Positions 12,480-27,188 of a stretch of DNA of 64,000 nucleotides are shown here, one piece after another. The stretch is from Geosiphon pyriformis uo1 (taxonomy: Eukaryota; Fungi; Glomeromycota), in assembly GCA_016748015.1 (NCBI GenBank), contig JAAOMT010000414.1, positions 283,834 to 347,833 on the forward strand, written 5' to 3'. The notes beneath the pieces were generated by a model, which saw only the letters and a program-made list of their open reading frames with translations, ran no database searches and was not told where the DNA came from. Position 1 is the stretch's first letter. The number at the start of each line of letters is the position of its first letter. The position numbers and the translations under genes are program-made.

Positions 12480-15400
12480 TTTTTTTTTATTAACATTTAA
12501 TAAGTGTAATCCAATTACTATCTAGTATACAGAGTCAAAACTATGGATCCTAGCTAGATGCAATTCATGTATTTACCACATGTAATCAGTTACTTAGATT
12601 AATCAAAGCAACACTAAGCCTTTATACAAACAGTTGCTCTATTATTTAAGCCAGAAAAAAACAGATAAGATTTGCAGAAACCAAAACTAATTTCAAATGA
12701 ATTATCAATACCAATCAATTTAGTCACACTATCTGATAGAATTGGCAATAAGCCAACAGATACTACAAGTATCACACCTAAATTACCAACTAAATTATTT
12801 CTTTTTATATTCACTCTAAACTTAAACCTAAAACTCCACAATTCTGAATGATACAGAACATCCAAACCATGCACAAAATCAACCAAAATCTGGGTAGTCT
12901 CTTTATAATTATTGAAAATTTGCATCATCTCCTCAAACCACTCTGCAAGCACAAAACCTTTGCAGAAAAGAGCATACAGACCAATATTAAATAAACATAA
13001 GAAAAAGGATTCCACAATTACAGAAGAGGCAAGAAAACAAAAACCAGTCAAAGACTTCCAACAAGAAATACACTCAAACAAAATCACTTTATAAAAGTTG
13101 AACTCTTTGCAGCATGTAAATACATAGTCAGAAAACTCAATCTCATTACAATACAAATATAAAACACCAAGATAATATTTGTTATAAAGCCTCTTTCTAA
13201 CAGCAACAAGCAGCCTTCATAAAATAAGTACACAAGCTAGCAGAAGCTTTGCTTATAAATCCTGACAGCATGTACAAATTAAGATGCCAAACAGCTACAG
13301 TATGGACTCAATCAACATTACAAACTGAAAAACCACCTAAAACTCTAGAACCAGAACCAATTTTTTAATGCATCTGATTTATCAACCTAAAAATATTCCA
13401 AACAAAATGACAAATATTACCAGAAACCAGCAGACCATTAGTCACAATAAAGTGTTTACATGCATTAGTTGGCAATAGCAAAGATGATTAAGCAGCTTTT
13501 TCTACCAAAGCATTTGCATAGACATTACTCAGAACTCCCAAGTGGCCTTTGACCTTTAACCAAACCACAAAAATGTCTTTATTAACAATCAAATTTGCGA
13601 TATGTCTTCTCTCCATCTAACAGCAATTACAAAAACCAAAACTAGGCAACCTCAATTCTGAAACACATGCATCCAAAGCAGTCTGACTGTTCAAACACAC
13701 TACTATTGAACAAGAAAAAAGCATATATTCCAGAGCCAAAACAACAATCTGCAATTCAGTCATCATAGAAGACAAATATCCAACTACCCAAATTCTAATA
13801 CCCAAATTAATTTGGGAAAAAATGCAATAGCACCTCTAGTCACATCAACAAAACCAAGCTCTTTTAAAAAACCATTCATATAAATAGTAAAAGTGTTTAA
13901 CCAGATTTTAAGAAGACCACCTTTAATATTAGAAAACTGACCAGATAACAAAACACTATCAACATCCAACATAGAGTCTCTGTCAGAAGATACAAGTGTG
14001 AGCATAGCATCATGCAAAAATTTTGACACTATAACAAACCAAAAAAGCACAGGTCCCTTAGGGTTTAATCTCATCTAATATTGGAATGTCTTCCAATCCA
14101 AAATTTTGCCATATTTGTCTAAAAGCCTGTTACAGAAAGCCACACCAAAACTCTTTAAGAAACTAATACAATTGTAATATAATGATGGCCCTAAAACTTT
14201 TGAAACAAGAAATCTGCCAAAACAATAAAAAGCACAAGACAGATTGTTAGTTATAAAAAGATCATTATCTAAAAAAACACACACAATTCCAGCCAAAAAA
14301 TTGTTTGAAGAACTAACATATAACCACACAGGATATTGTAAAAGATTTAGAGAAGCCCAGCCCAAAACCTGCAAATCCAAAAATCTGTGCTCAAAAAGCC
14401 GACTGAGAATCTTAAAAGCATTAGCAAAAGCAACAACTGATTCTGACTTTTTCTCAGCCTGAATCTGCTTAAATTTTTTCAGACCATACAACACAGAATG
14501 ATACAGTACTTTACTTGGAAAATTACATAACAGTTCAGCTTTAAACTTAAAACTTTTCCCAACTAAAGCATCCCAATGCCAGCAAACAACAGAAGGGATA
14601 AAACTAAACTGAATACAGTAGTTAACAATAGACTGCAGAACTGCTGAGACCAAATACAAAAACTGTTTATCTGAAATTGTCTTTCTTAATACCATATTGG
14701 AAAAGAACTTAACATCAAACTGAGTCTTAGCCAAACTGGGTTTGAACAAACTATCTGTAGACAAAAAGATACCCAAGTACCTATGAGGTATACCACACTT
14801 GGCAATCAAAATAAGGGATTCATTAATTCTGAAAACAGCATTTTTAATTCTCCTATTGATGGAAATAACAACTGTTTTGTCATTGTTAATTAAAATATCA
14901 TTAATCAAGAAGAACTCACTGATAATGTCTAATATAAACTGTATAGCAGATTGGCTATTCCCAATTCAGATAGTATCATTTACAAAAGTTTCAACTGCAA
15001 AAAAAGAGATTATTCCACTCACATAATTAATCTTTTCTATCTTAACCACAAACTTGGTATTAAACTGGTAATCACACACACTTTTTTGTCTTTTAATTTT
15101 GCACAAAAGAGGGTCATAAAAAATTCACCAAAGAAGAGAAAAAAACACTTTTTCCTAATTAAGACCATCAAAAACCCATCTAAAAGGCCAAAATCTATTA
15201 TGACTCTATTTGACCTATTCTTATGAATTCCACCAAAAAACTCAATAAATCTTTTACACATTTTGATACACCACAAACTAACTTTTAAGTAATGCCACCC
15301 AACTGAATCATATGCCTTGCACATATTCTGCAAAACCAATCAAACCTCCCTGTCCTTTTTCAAAACATCTTTAATTACCAAACCAACTGTAAAAATAAGA

Positions 15401-18400
15401 GACTGCATTGAAGTATCCTTCAAGACTGAGAAGTTATCCTCACAAAAAATGCTGAATTTACAGCAGACAGAAGAGATTTGATTTGAAAGAATTTTAGAAA
15501 AAATTTTATAAGCAGTTTCAACTAGTGCAATAGAGCAAGTATTTGTTAAGATACTATTTCATTCATAAGATTTGGGTATCATAGAAACCTATGCCCTTTT
15601 CCACAAAAGTGGAACAGCACCTAACCTTAAACACAAATTCAAAAAATCCAAAAAACCTTTGAAAATGTCATTACTTCAATGTTTTTATAATTCATTAGGA
15701 ATACCATTGAGACCAGCAGTCTTCCTATCCAGTAATTGTTTGACAATTTGAATCAATTCACTAAAACTAATAACATCTATAATACAAAAAATGGCATTGT
15801 TATTTACATGCTACAAAGAAGCATATTAACAAGCCCAAAAATCAGGCAAAGACCCAGAAAATGAACACTTCCTGGTTCATCCTTCTATTATAGCATCTAT
15901 CTTAAATTTAACTTCATTAGAATTCAAAACCAATTCATTATTAACAATTAAATAGTCAAGGACTACTCTATAAAACGACTTATCCAAAATATTCTTGATC
16001 ATATGGTCTTTGTCTGAGCAAAAATTCTCCATCTTTTTATTAATGGCAGCCTTAAATTCATGCATCTTAAAACAATGATAACTTTTTCTAAACTTGGACA
16101 AGCAACTAAAAATGTCCATACTGCTGGTGTCATTATTTAATATGTTCTGAACTTTAAGAACTTTAACTTTATTAGCAATTAATCAAGCATTAATCAACAA
16201 GATAGTTCTAAAAAAATTACCAAATTGTAAACACTTAACCACTTTGACAACCAGCAGTTCCAGCTTAAAAAACTTAAAAGAATGTTTGTTGAAAAAACAA
16301 TTAACATCATAAAACCAATATTTAGAGAAAACTTTATCAGCCAAATCTACTATAGTCTTCTCTAGCAAATTCCATATAGTCTCAAGATCTCCACCAGCAT
16401 TTGCAAATAAGAACTCACTTAATACAGAAAAGAACTTGACAGAAACACACTCTTTGAAATAAGCCTATTTGGGGGCATCTGCACCAGCAATTTTGAACTT
16501 CCAATAATCTCTGTTAATTTGTTTGCACAAACTATTCAAATAAAAATTCAAAAGTTCACCCAGACCAATCAATACCATGACAGCCTTGTAATTAGTATCA
16601 AAGAAATCAGAAGCAGAAGCAACTTCATGACCAGTAATTGCTGACAATAGACACTTACTAACAAAGATGTAGTCAATAATTTTCTTGACTCCTCTTAAAT
16701 TGCTTTATATGGAAGCCTTGGCCAATTAATAACTTCCAAATGCATTAACCAATCCTAAATCCAAACAGAATTGAAAGCTTGCACTCTTTTTAGAACCATT
16801 CTTATTAAAATTCCCACTCAAGACCACAAAAATACTGGTATTAACTGCCCTTGCAATAAAGAAATTAACCTCAATCACCTAACCAAACCTAATTTCAGTA
16901 GAGGCACCAGCATACAAGCCTAAAACTGTAACTGAAAACTTGTTTTTAAAAAGAAGCCAAACAAAAATGACATAACTAGGCACTTCTTTAATCTTGAAAA
17001 CATGTTGAACTAAAGAATTGTTCATGATAATTGCCATTTTAGCACCAAGAAAACTCTTATTCAAACCAGACATAAACACTTACATATCATTAAACTTGTT
17101 CATAGTCCAGGGCCTAATACTAGATCTTAATTTTGTTTCTGTGATTATAAAAATCATATTACTAGAGTTCATGTGCCACCACACAATATCATCTTGTTTA
17201 GCCAGCACATTGATGCCATGAATATTGCATCTAGCAATTTTTCATATCAAATCATTTATAAAGAAAAGAAAGGTACTTGAGAACCCAACTCAGTACACAA
17301 CTAATTTAATTTCACTAATATTAAACCAACAAAGACATTAAGAGCCACTAACTTAGATTCTAAAAAGCCCATCTTAGTAGTTAGCACTTTTGAACTACTT
17401 AGACCAAAAACTAAAACATCAGAGACAATGAAAGAAAGAGACAGAGACACCAGCTCGGGGCCATCCAAAATTATTGTCAAACCCAAATCTGAATTGGCAG
17501 CCATTAAAGTGTTCAAAACTGAGGAAAAGAGAAGAAGAGTTTGAGGCATTAAAACAAGATTGTTGAGCTTGTGCATAATACCAGAAACTTGATCAGTTAG
17601 GAGTTTCAAGGAACATTCTAAGGAAGCCAAATAAGCACTTAAAAAAGAGATATCAACAGAAATATAAGGAAAAATACTACCTGAACTTGAGACACCAAAA
17701 GGAGAAAAACTAGGACTAGATCCAAAACAAGTACCACCAAAAGAATTGGCAAACAAAACCACTTGGGCCCAAGATTTGCCACCAAAAACAGCAGGGCAAG
17801 AAATCAGAACATTTTTTTTTTATACAACTTGGCAAGCTGAAAACAAACATTCTTAGAAGCAACTTTTTTATATGATTTCTTTAACAATGACAGCACAGAA
17901 ACATCTGATGCATCACATTTAAGAGCTGAATGCCCAAAACACTCACACTTCTTACAACAAACCAAATTCATCCTAGTTCATAAGAGTTTTACTTCACCAA
18001 AAATAGGCTTTGTGTAAAAGACAGATTTTAGATCATTATTAAAACCAAAACCAACCACAGCACAGCAAATTTTATTACCAGTTTTCATAGATCTATTTAT
18101 AATACAAGTTTTCCTACCAGTTTTTTTTAAAAAAGTTCTAAGATCATGTGCTGTTGTACTCACTAGCAAAGTAAACAAAAGCATTTTGAATTGATTTCTA
18201 GATGCCCAAATTTCACAATTTTTTACAGCTTTGGCTATGCACACAGAATCTTTCCCAATTAGGAATAATTATTTTGAGACCAACAAATTAGCTTGATCTA
18301 ATTCGGCAAACTTCACTACAGCTTTTTACCACATTTCAATTAATTGAATTTTAATCGACTTAATCTTCCCAAATTCAGATACTGTAGCAATAATCATATT

Positions 18401-19248
18401 CTTAAGTTTATTTATGAGAATTTTCTTGATAACCACAGCCTAATCTGACCTCATTTTTTGTCTTCTAAGATCACTGTTTATATTCTCTTTTTTCTGGCCA
18501 ATGATGTGGCTATTTTCATGCTTTTTTTTAAAATAAAAGTAGAATGAATAATCCCTTCAAATTTTGAGGGAGTAGTGGTCCTCCCAAAACCATTAACTGC
18601 TGAAAATAATTTTCTGATAATTTGAGTTTTAGTTGTGGCAGATTTGTCTTTTACCACTGAAAGATTAATATCCAAAGCAAATAACTTTTTGACTGGTACT
18701 TCAATTGAAAACTTAATGATTTTTGGGTCGATCCACTTTTTGTCCAGAAAGATAGACAAACAAGAAGAAAAAACAACTTTATTATTATCCATATCAAAAT
18801 TGTGAGGCCCAAATGGAGAACCAAAGACAGCACTAGTATTAACTTGTTTTGCCTTAAGAATAGTAGTAGCCAAGCCTAAAAGAAATTCACAATTCACACT
18901 AAACATACTAATATTTTTATTATTACCAGACAGACTATTCACATCAGAATACACACTACCACTAGGCCTGGATCTATTCAAAGAGATATTTTTTTTATTG
19001 CCAGAGTGTTTAATATTGCCAAGAATAACTTTCTTCTTTTAAGAGAAAAAACCACTAGTAAGACCATGAAAATTACCTTTGGGTGCCTTTTTTTTAGACA
19101 TAACACTACCTGCAATAGTCTTCAAGTTCACAAAAAATAAGTTATTAAGTAAAAAAATATTGATATAAATTAGCAGAAAAATAAAACTTTTTTTTTAGAA
19201 ACTATTCTCTTTGAGGATTTTTTGGAGATAAGAGAGAAAGAAGTTTTT
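12480..19248 (-). mobile_element. Full-length LINE copy C, more decayed than B
   Basis: Poly(T) at 12480-12488, ORF2 remnants 12614..~17260 (APE, RT, RNase H, Zn finger), ORF1 remnants ~17257..19131 colinear with B, and the 5' motif at ~19236-19248. Confidence 0.9.
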
Positions 19249-19945
19249 TTATATTTTTAGTTTTTTTATAAGTATTAAGTCAATTTTTTTATTATAATTT
19301 TATTGTAAAAAGTAGGTTTTTTTTTGTTCTAAATTTCTTATTTTGTTATAAATTATTAGTTTTAATTATATTATTTTATTAATAAATCATAAAAAAAATA
19401 TTTTATAAAAACATATTAATTAAATATTTAGACAATTATAACTTCTTTAATCTTTATTTTTTAAATAAAATATTTAAAAACCATATATTTTTAATAATTA
19501 ATTAAAAAAATTTAGTGTAATTTTAATAAAATAGTTTAATTTTTTTTTAATAATTTATTTTATGTTTCTAATAAAAATTGATAAATTCTAAATTGGTTTT
19601 TGTTTTATAAATATTTTTAAAATTTTTGTTTTTTTTGTATATATTATAAAATAAATTTATATAACTAATATTAAATTTATGTTATTAATATTATTAATAT
19701 TTAATAATAATGTTTAAAAATTATAATATTATTAAGTAATATTAATAACTAAATTAATAATATTATTAATTAAATTAATTAAATTAAATTATTATTTAAA
19801 AATAAAATAGTTAATTATATTATATTATTAACTAATACATATAATAATTAATAAAAATAATTTTTAACTATAACAATATAAAAAAAAAATTTAAAAAAAA
19901 AATTTGTAAATTTTCAAAACAAAGTTTTATTTAATTAATTTGTTA

Positions 19946-22331
19946 TTTTTTTTTAATATTTTATGAATAAAATTTAAATACAACTTAATATAATATATTA
20001 AATTAAGTAATTTAAACTAAGTATAAATTATGTTTTTACTATATATTCCAGTTATTTAAGTCAATTTAGACAATATTATGTCTTTATATAAACAAAAATC
20101 ATATTATTAATATTAAAAAAATATAAATATAAAGTATATATATCAAAACTAATACTAAAATTCTTAGTTATACTAAACAATTTAATAATATCTTATAATA
20201 GCACAACTAAGAGATTACAGATAAAAAAAACACCAAATTATTTAATAAAATCAAATTCAGTTTTTTTATAATAATATAATATTTAAAACAGATTAGTTAT
20301 ATTTTATTTTTATAAACAAAAACCAAATTATACATAAAACTTATAATTTTATTAATAGCAATTTTAAAGTCCTTAAAAACAAAGAAAAATTTTAAATACT
20401 AATCCCTAAAAACAAAACTTTTATATAAAACAATATATATTATAATATTAAATAAACCTAATAACAACAATTAAGATATACTAAAGAGAAATTCTTACAT
20501 AATAACCTAAAAATTTAACATAGTTTTATAAACAACAGAGTCTATTATACAAAAAAAAATGATCAAAAAATTTTATATTATTACAAAACAGATACAACAT
20601 ATTATAATAATATTTATTATATAGATACTTATATATAGTTACAGATAATTAATAATATAAGGTTTTTATAAAGTATAAATAAGTACTAATACTAATTCAA
20701 CTTATATAACCAGTAATTATATAAAAATTCAAATGCTATACTTAAAAAAAACAAATTTAATTCATATTTCTAATCAGACTTCAATACAAAACTTTTATCT
20801 TATAACTAATTTTTCAATAAACTTAATACACAATCTAAAATATTTTACAAATAAAATGTTTTATATTTTCAAAAATACATAAATTATTAGTTTTTAAAAT
20901 TTTTTTTTAAATAATAGCTAACAGTATCATGTTTGAAAAAAATATAGCTCTAATTAACTTATTAGTTTTATTATTATTTAAAATTCCAAAATAATTCTTA
21001 TCTTTAATCCAAAACACAATTAGTTTTTTTTCTTAATAATATTTATAATATAATGTTATTTTATTTAACAATAGTTATAAAAATTAAATAAAACTAAAAC
21101 CACTTTCAAAAAGCATATATTTTAAACTGTTTAACTGTTTAAAAATATTGTAATTATACAGAAAAAAAAAACACACTCCAAAGTTAATACAATAATCTGT
21201 AACTTAATTATAATAAACAAAAACAAATTAAAAACTTTAACTTCAATACTTAAATCCAAATTATTAAAAAATACTATAGTATTAGCTCTTATATTTATTA
21301 AATCTAAATTTTTCAAAAAGCCATTAGTATAAACAAAAAAACATAAATAATTGACATTTAACAACTTATTATATATTTGACAAAATTTATCTAAACTTAA
21401 AACATTTAAAAATTAAGTATCTACCATAAAAAAAAAGATATTTGAAGATTTGCTAAAACATTTAAATACACAACTGTCAAAACAAATTAGGTAAAAACTA
21501 GTTTATAAAACTCTAGTAATTTTCAATATTAAAAGTTTTTTTAATTAAGGATTTTATCTTTTTTATTATACAACTGTTTAATAAAAGCAATATCAAAATG
21601 CTTAAATAAATATTAAATATTAAAAAAGACAAAATTACCAAAAACCATAAACATTAAAGTATTTTTAATAAATATAAACATTAAAAACAAAGTATTATTC
21701 AGAAACAAATTATGACTATAAAAAATTCTAAACACACTAGCCAAAAAATTGTTGATCAGATTAATATTAAAACAAATAAAAAAAAACAAAAAATAATAAA
21801 AGATTAATTTAATACTTAAAGATTCAAAAATTTATGATTAAACAAACAGCTTACAATATTACCAATATTCGAAAAACACAAAATAGAAGCCAACTTGTAC
21901 TCAGTTTGTATTTGTTTAAAAGACTTTAAATTATAGAAAGAAAAGTAATAAATTATATTACTTAAAAAGTTTAAGAGCAAACCAGTTTTTAATTTTTAAT
22001 TTTTCTAAATTAAAGTGTTTTATTTATTATATATACTAATCAAAATAAAGCTAAATTGAGTTTTATAATTAATAATAAGATATAAAACTATTAAAACTAA
22101 ATAAAAAAATTGTTATTAGTTATAATTACTATTTTATTATTATTAATTAAAATATTATTAATTCAAAAAAAATTATCTGCAATATTTAAATATATTAGAT
22201 TATAGCTTAATTACATTTTATTCAAATTGTATTATTAATAAAAATACTAATATTAAAAAATAATATCAGATTTGTTTAAGCTTCAATCTATTCAGTTTTA
22301 GTCACAAACTTAGAATTAATTCTGTATTTGC
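19946..22331 (-). mobile_element. LINE copy D, 3' half, extremely AT-drifted; cut in the RT region by a gypsy LTR
   Basis: Poly(T) at 19946-19954, decayed 3' UTR, RNase H remnant (ORF 21131..21364, VYTNGF..KLQIIVLTLECV). Colinear with B up to just past the FVDD region. Confidence 0.75.
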
Positions 22332-22509
22332 TGTTATTAAAAGTTTTTGGTCTCTTTTTTTATATGTTATTAATGTTGTTTTGCTGTTAATTCTTAATTA
22401 TTGAAAGCTAGTAAACTTTTAATAACTGAATTTATCTCCAATTATTTCTTATAATTTGAATTGCTGAACTTATATGTGGAATGACCAATTTTATATCAGT
22501 TATTTATAT

Positions 22510-23248
22510 TGTTACGGTTGAAACCCATAATTTTTATTAGTTATCACATGTATTAGTCACTGATGTCATATAATTAGCCACTCTATTTTTAAATAGTAAT
22601 CATTGACCTGATCAATGACCTGACTGTTGATTTGATTATTAACCTGATCATTGACCTGATTAATGACCTGATTGTTGACCTAATCATTGACTTAATTATT
22701 GACCTAATCGTTGACCTGGTCATTGACTATTTTCAATAGCTATATAAGCAATGAGTCTCTTAGTTGTAAAAAATCATTTCTCAGACAAGAATCAAATAAA
22801 TAAAAATAACAACTTTCATCTCAATCACTCTCTTATTGCTAATTTCCCTTTCCTTACCTTCAAGTATCTGAACATCTTAGAATAAAAAATTACTTGTTGG
22901 CCTTTTCCTGACATATATAATTGTAGCATTTGAAAATTATTTGAATAAATGTGACTGAAAAGCACAAGTTGATACCTGATATTGAATTCTAAGAGCGCCA
23001 ATGTAAGGCATAGAATTATACCAGTAGTAATCAATTGTTGACAGTACGGACTATCCCTCTACTTTCAGATTCCCCAGTTACCTTTGAAAAGAATAGCGAC
23101 TGAGATATTTTATGAGACTGATCTCGCACATTGAATCCATACTCATTCAATTCACTCTTTAAAGTTGAATTTCCCTTTGATTATTTCCATTACCCTACAA
23201 TCCTGTTCTCCCTTGCTATCTGTTAGTTTATTACTCCAATCCGTAACA
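22510..23248 (+). mobile_element. Solo LTR (739 bp) inserted into the 22332..24032 LTR
   Basis: Perfect 8-bp inverted termini TGTTACGG..CCGTAACA and a 4-bp TSD ATAT (22506-22509 / 23249-23252). The empty site is visible at ~55700. TATA-like tatataag at 22741; orientation is inferred from it. Confidence 0.85.
22603..22728 (+). repeat. 12-bp tandem repeat (consensus TTGACCTGATYR), 11 units
   Basis: Units start every 12 nt from 22603 to 22723. Confidence 0.9.
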
Positions 23249-26200
23249 ATATAGTTACTTTGCAATAAAAGTCAATTTTTTTTCAAAAATTGCTTATTTA
23301 GAAACTTAATAAAAATATGTAGTTATTTTGCTGTAAAAATCAACTTTTTTACAGAAATTTTGTTTATAGACTATCTTAATATATATAATAAAAAAAATAT
23401 AAAAAATATAAAAAAAATAAAAATTTGTTAAGAGAAATGTTTTCTGTTTAGGCTTAAAGTTACTAATAAATTACTAAAATTGGTAGCTAAATAATTTCAA
23501 AATGTTAATTAAGTTTCAAGAAATTTCAAGTATAAATAATTAAAAAATTTGAGTTTTTAAAATATTTAATTTTTATTACTGTTTGTAAAAATATGTAAAA
23601 AATGATTTTAACTAAGATTGTTATTCTAAAGTAAGATATATTTTCTCGAGAAAAAAAGCTTTTTTTTTATATAATTTGTTATAATACTAATTTTTAAACT
23701 TGCACTTTTTTTTGCTAATATTTCAATAAACTAAAGATATATTTTAATAAACTACAAGTTATTTCTATGAACTATAAATTATTTTAATAAGCTATTAAAT
23801 TATTTTACAAAATTTTACAAATTTTGGCTAATTCTTAAATGTTATAAAGTTTGGTATACTACATAATCTAATTATTGCAATTTGTGTATTATATAAATTG
23901 GATTATTAATTAAATAATAATATTTAATAATTTAATTGTAATAATTGAAATAATAATAATATATATTAATTAATAATAAAAATTATAATAGTAATTTTAT
24001 GTTAATTAATGGCTAAAATTTTACTGATAACATAATCTTTTTCTCAAAACTAAGTTCTATTAAAGTTCAAGTATTATCTATAATATTCAGATAATATCTA
24101 AGATTATTAAATTAATTTGGTCTAAAAATTGTTAAAATTTCAGTTCTGTAAACTTGCCAATGTATTGAATTTTTATTGATTAAAATATTGAATTTTATAA
24201 GATGTTTTCACAAGTATTAAATAGATTATAAAGTTTAAAAGCTGTTCTGAATTTGTAATAAGCATTTGTTGGTCCAATTGTTATCTTAAATTTATTGTGA
24301 ATTTTTTTTTGTATGGCTTTTGAAATAAGATTGGTTGCTTTGAGTTTCAGTTTATGTTGGTATAGTGTTTTTTTTAATTTGAAAATATCAATAAATAGAG
24401 ATATATTCACTGTTTTTTTTAAGAAAAAATTAAAGTTTTTGTTGTATTGTAATATTTAAAAAAATTTCAATAAAAGTAAACAGTAAGTTTTCTTTCAAAG
24501 CTTGCTTTAGAAGTTCTAATAAGTAACTTTCAAAATAACTTCTTGTATTTTTTTTATAAGAATAATAATTCGAATTATTAACTACTAGAGCTGTAATTCT
24601 TTTTTAAATGTAATTAATTTGACTTTTATTAATTATTATAAATAAATTAGAAAGTGTTTTTAAAGTTAACATTAAGTTTTTGAATGTTTTAAGAAATAAA
24701 CATTATAAAATTCAAAAAAATAATAATAAAATTTAGTAAAAATAAAAGAATAAAAAATAATTATTTTTGGTATAATAAGAGTTTTTTTATATATTTTTGG
24801 GTTTAAGTATTTTTTAATAATTATTTTACTATTTTTGTTTAAAATTTTTGTGTTATTTTTAAAAGAATTACTAATATAATTAAATAATTAAATATTCAGA
24901 TTTGGTTGTTGTTGTATTATAATTATTGGTTTTAAATTTTAGAAAATATTTTCGAGATTAATTAAAGAAAAATAGATAATAATTTGTAAAATTAATGTTT
25001 TAGAATTAGTTTTAAAGTAATAGTATTTTAATTAATATTTATATACAATCTTTGCTAAAATTTTGTTATTAAGTCTTAACTTATATAATTTATTGTCTAA
25101 GGCTTTGTGAATATAAAATAGTCTATTCTATTTATAATTGAATTTTTTATTCTACTGTTTTTTAGATTTAGTTCTGTATAAGAAAACTTTATTTTCAACT
25201 TTAAATTTTTTAATAACAGATGGCAGTTTGTTGTTATGCTATTTTTTTATTAAACTTGAAAATATTTAATATAAGTGCTATAATTTGTTATTTTTTTTTC
25301 AAAGTGCTAAGAAAAATATAGACTTTTTATTAAAGTATTTTTTAAAAGTATTTTTTCATAATTGGTTGTATTAAGTATGTTTTTATTGTAAAATTAATTG
25401 GCAATATTGTTGTTTTTCTATAAGTAAAAACAAATAGTATGTGTTTTATAATATCTTGTTTTAGTGTTTTATAAACTAGTAACACTAATAAAATAAAGAT
25501 ATTTTATTTTTGCTCAAAATTGATTGAAATTTTGGTTAATAATTCACATAATTTTTAATTAAATTGTTCTATTAATCTATTTATTTATGAGTAATAAGGT
25601 AATAATAAAAGTTATTTGATATTGAATTATTTACAAATTTTTTGTATTAAGTTGTTTACAAAATGTGTTTCTTGATTGGATAAGAGTTTAATTGGACATC
25701 TATATCTACAAATAATATTTTTGTAGAAAACATTTACTACTGATTTTGTATCTGCTTTTTAAATAGTTCTGGCTTCAGGCCATTTAGTAAAATAATCTAC
25801 TGTAATATAATATAATAATTTTTTTAAATAGTAATTAGTAGTGATTTGACTAAATTAATTTTTATTCTATTAAAGAGTTGTCTAACTTTAATTGAATTTA
25901 AAAATTTAGTGAAACAAATTCTTTCTCTTTTTTGACAACTATTACATAATTTTATGTATTGTTAAATGTTTTATTGTATATAAAGTCAAAAATAATGTTC
26001 TAATATTCTTTGAATTGTATTATTATTTTTTAAGTATGCTGATAATAGATTAATATACATATTGTAAAACATGATTTTTATTTTATTTTCTTGAACTAAT
26101 TTAAATAAATTAATTGGGTTTCTATAATTTCAATAATAAATTTTGTTGTAATAAAAAAAATATTGTTTTGATTAGTGTTATAATCAGTGTTTTTTACTTA

Positions 26201-27188
26201 AAAACCAATTTTTTGATATAGTAAAAGTCTTTAAATAGTTTTTAATATTGTTATAGTTTTCAAAATCTATTGTTTATTGATTGTTTATTGTTGTTGAGCT
26301 GGTAGATAGTAATAAAATTGGTGTTGGTATTAATTTTGTCTTATTTTTTAAAGACTATTAACATTAGTATGTAATTTTTTAGATTTGTAATAAACAATAT
26401 ATTTGTAATTGGCTAGAAAATTAGTCCATCAGAATTGTTTGGTACTGAGTTTAAATTCTTTTTTATTAAGTTATTTGAAGTCAATATTATTGGTAATGAT
26501 ATTAAATTTTTTTCTTTTTTATAAATACTGTTAAAAATATTTAAAAGTCTAGATAATAACTGCTATTTTTAATTTAGTAGATTTATATTTAAGTTCTGTT
26601 GGTTTAAGTGTTTTACTTATATAGACAATTACTTATTTATTGCTATTGTTATTTAATTATAATAAAATAGCACCAAATACTATGTATAAAGTAATAGTAA
26701 TTAACTAGAATTGTTTGTTAAAATTGGAATAGATAAGAATTAAAGCTGTTATCAATTTTTTTTTTAGGATATCAAAGACTTTTTGTTGAATTAGAGTTTA
26801 TTGGTATTAGATGTTGTTATTTAAATAAAAAAACCAATTCAAAAAATATTGAAAAAATATGATTAAAAACGTGATAACTTAGAAAAAACATGATAATACA
26901 AAATAACACAAATTAACATATTATAACTCAAAATAATACAAAATAACACACAATAATGTAAAATAGTACAGAATAATTAACCATAACATAAAATAATTAG
27001 TTATAAAATAAAAAAATAAAACAACAACAGAAATAATGAATAATAGTTAGTAATAACAAATAATTAAAAACAATTTTATAAAACCAGAAATATGTATAAA
27101 AACAAGTAGTTTTAACAGGAAAAAAAAAACAGACAAATAAAAAAAACAAAATATATTCTTCTTCTTATATTTTTTAAATTTATCTTAC

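Larger units (their letters stand above)
22332..26815 (-). mobile_element. Decayed Ty3/gypsy copy: 3' LTR 22332..24032, ORF3, integrase and RNase H remnants; 5'-truncated
   Basis: Colinear with 55526..59250. LTR termini TGTTAT(22332)..ATAACA(24032). ORF 24195..24410 matches ORF 56457..56957. Confidence 0.8.

Noticed and set aside
19260-19945. Near-pure AT tracts (also 1480-1945, 26820-27180) as a centromere or origin
   Set aside because: No defined motif or periodicity; indistinguishable from terminally decayed repeat or spacer DNA.
22603-22728. Short periodic repeats (also 31755-31843) as a CRISPR array
   Set aside because: Contiguous tandem units with no unique spacers, inside LTRs, in a eukaryotic context with no cas genes.
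22332-26815. Segmental duplication of 55526..59250
   Set aside because: Similarity stops exactly at the LTR terminus and the flanks differ, so these are independent insertions of one family.
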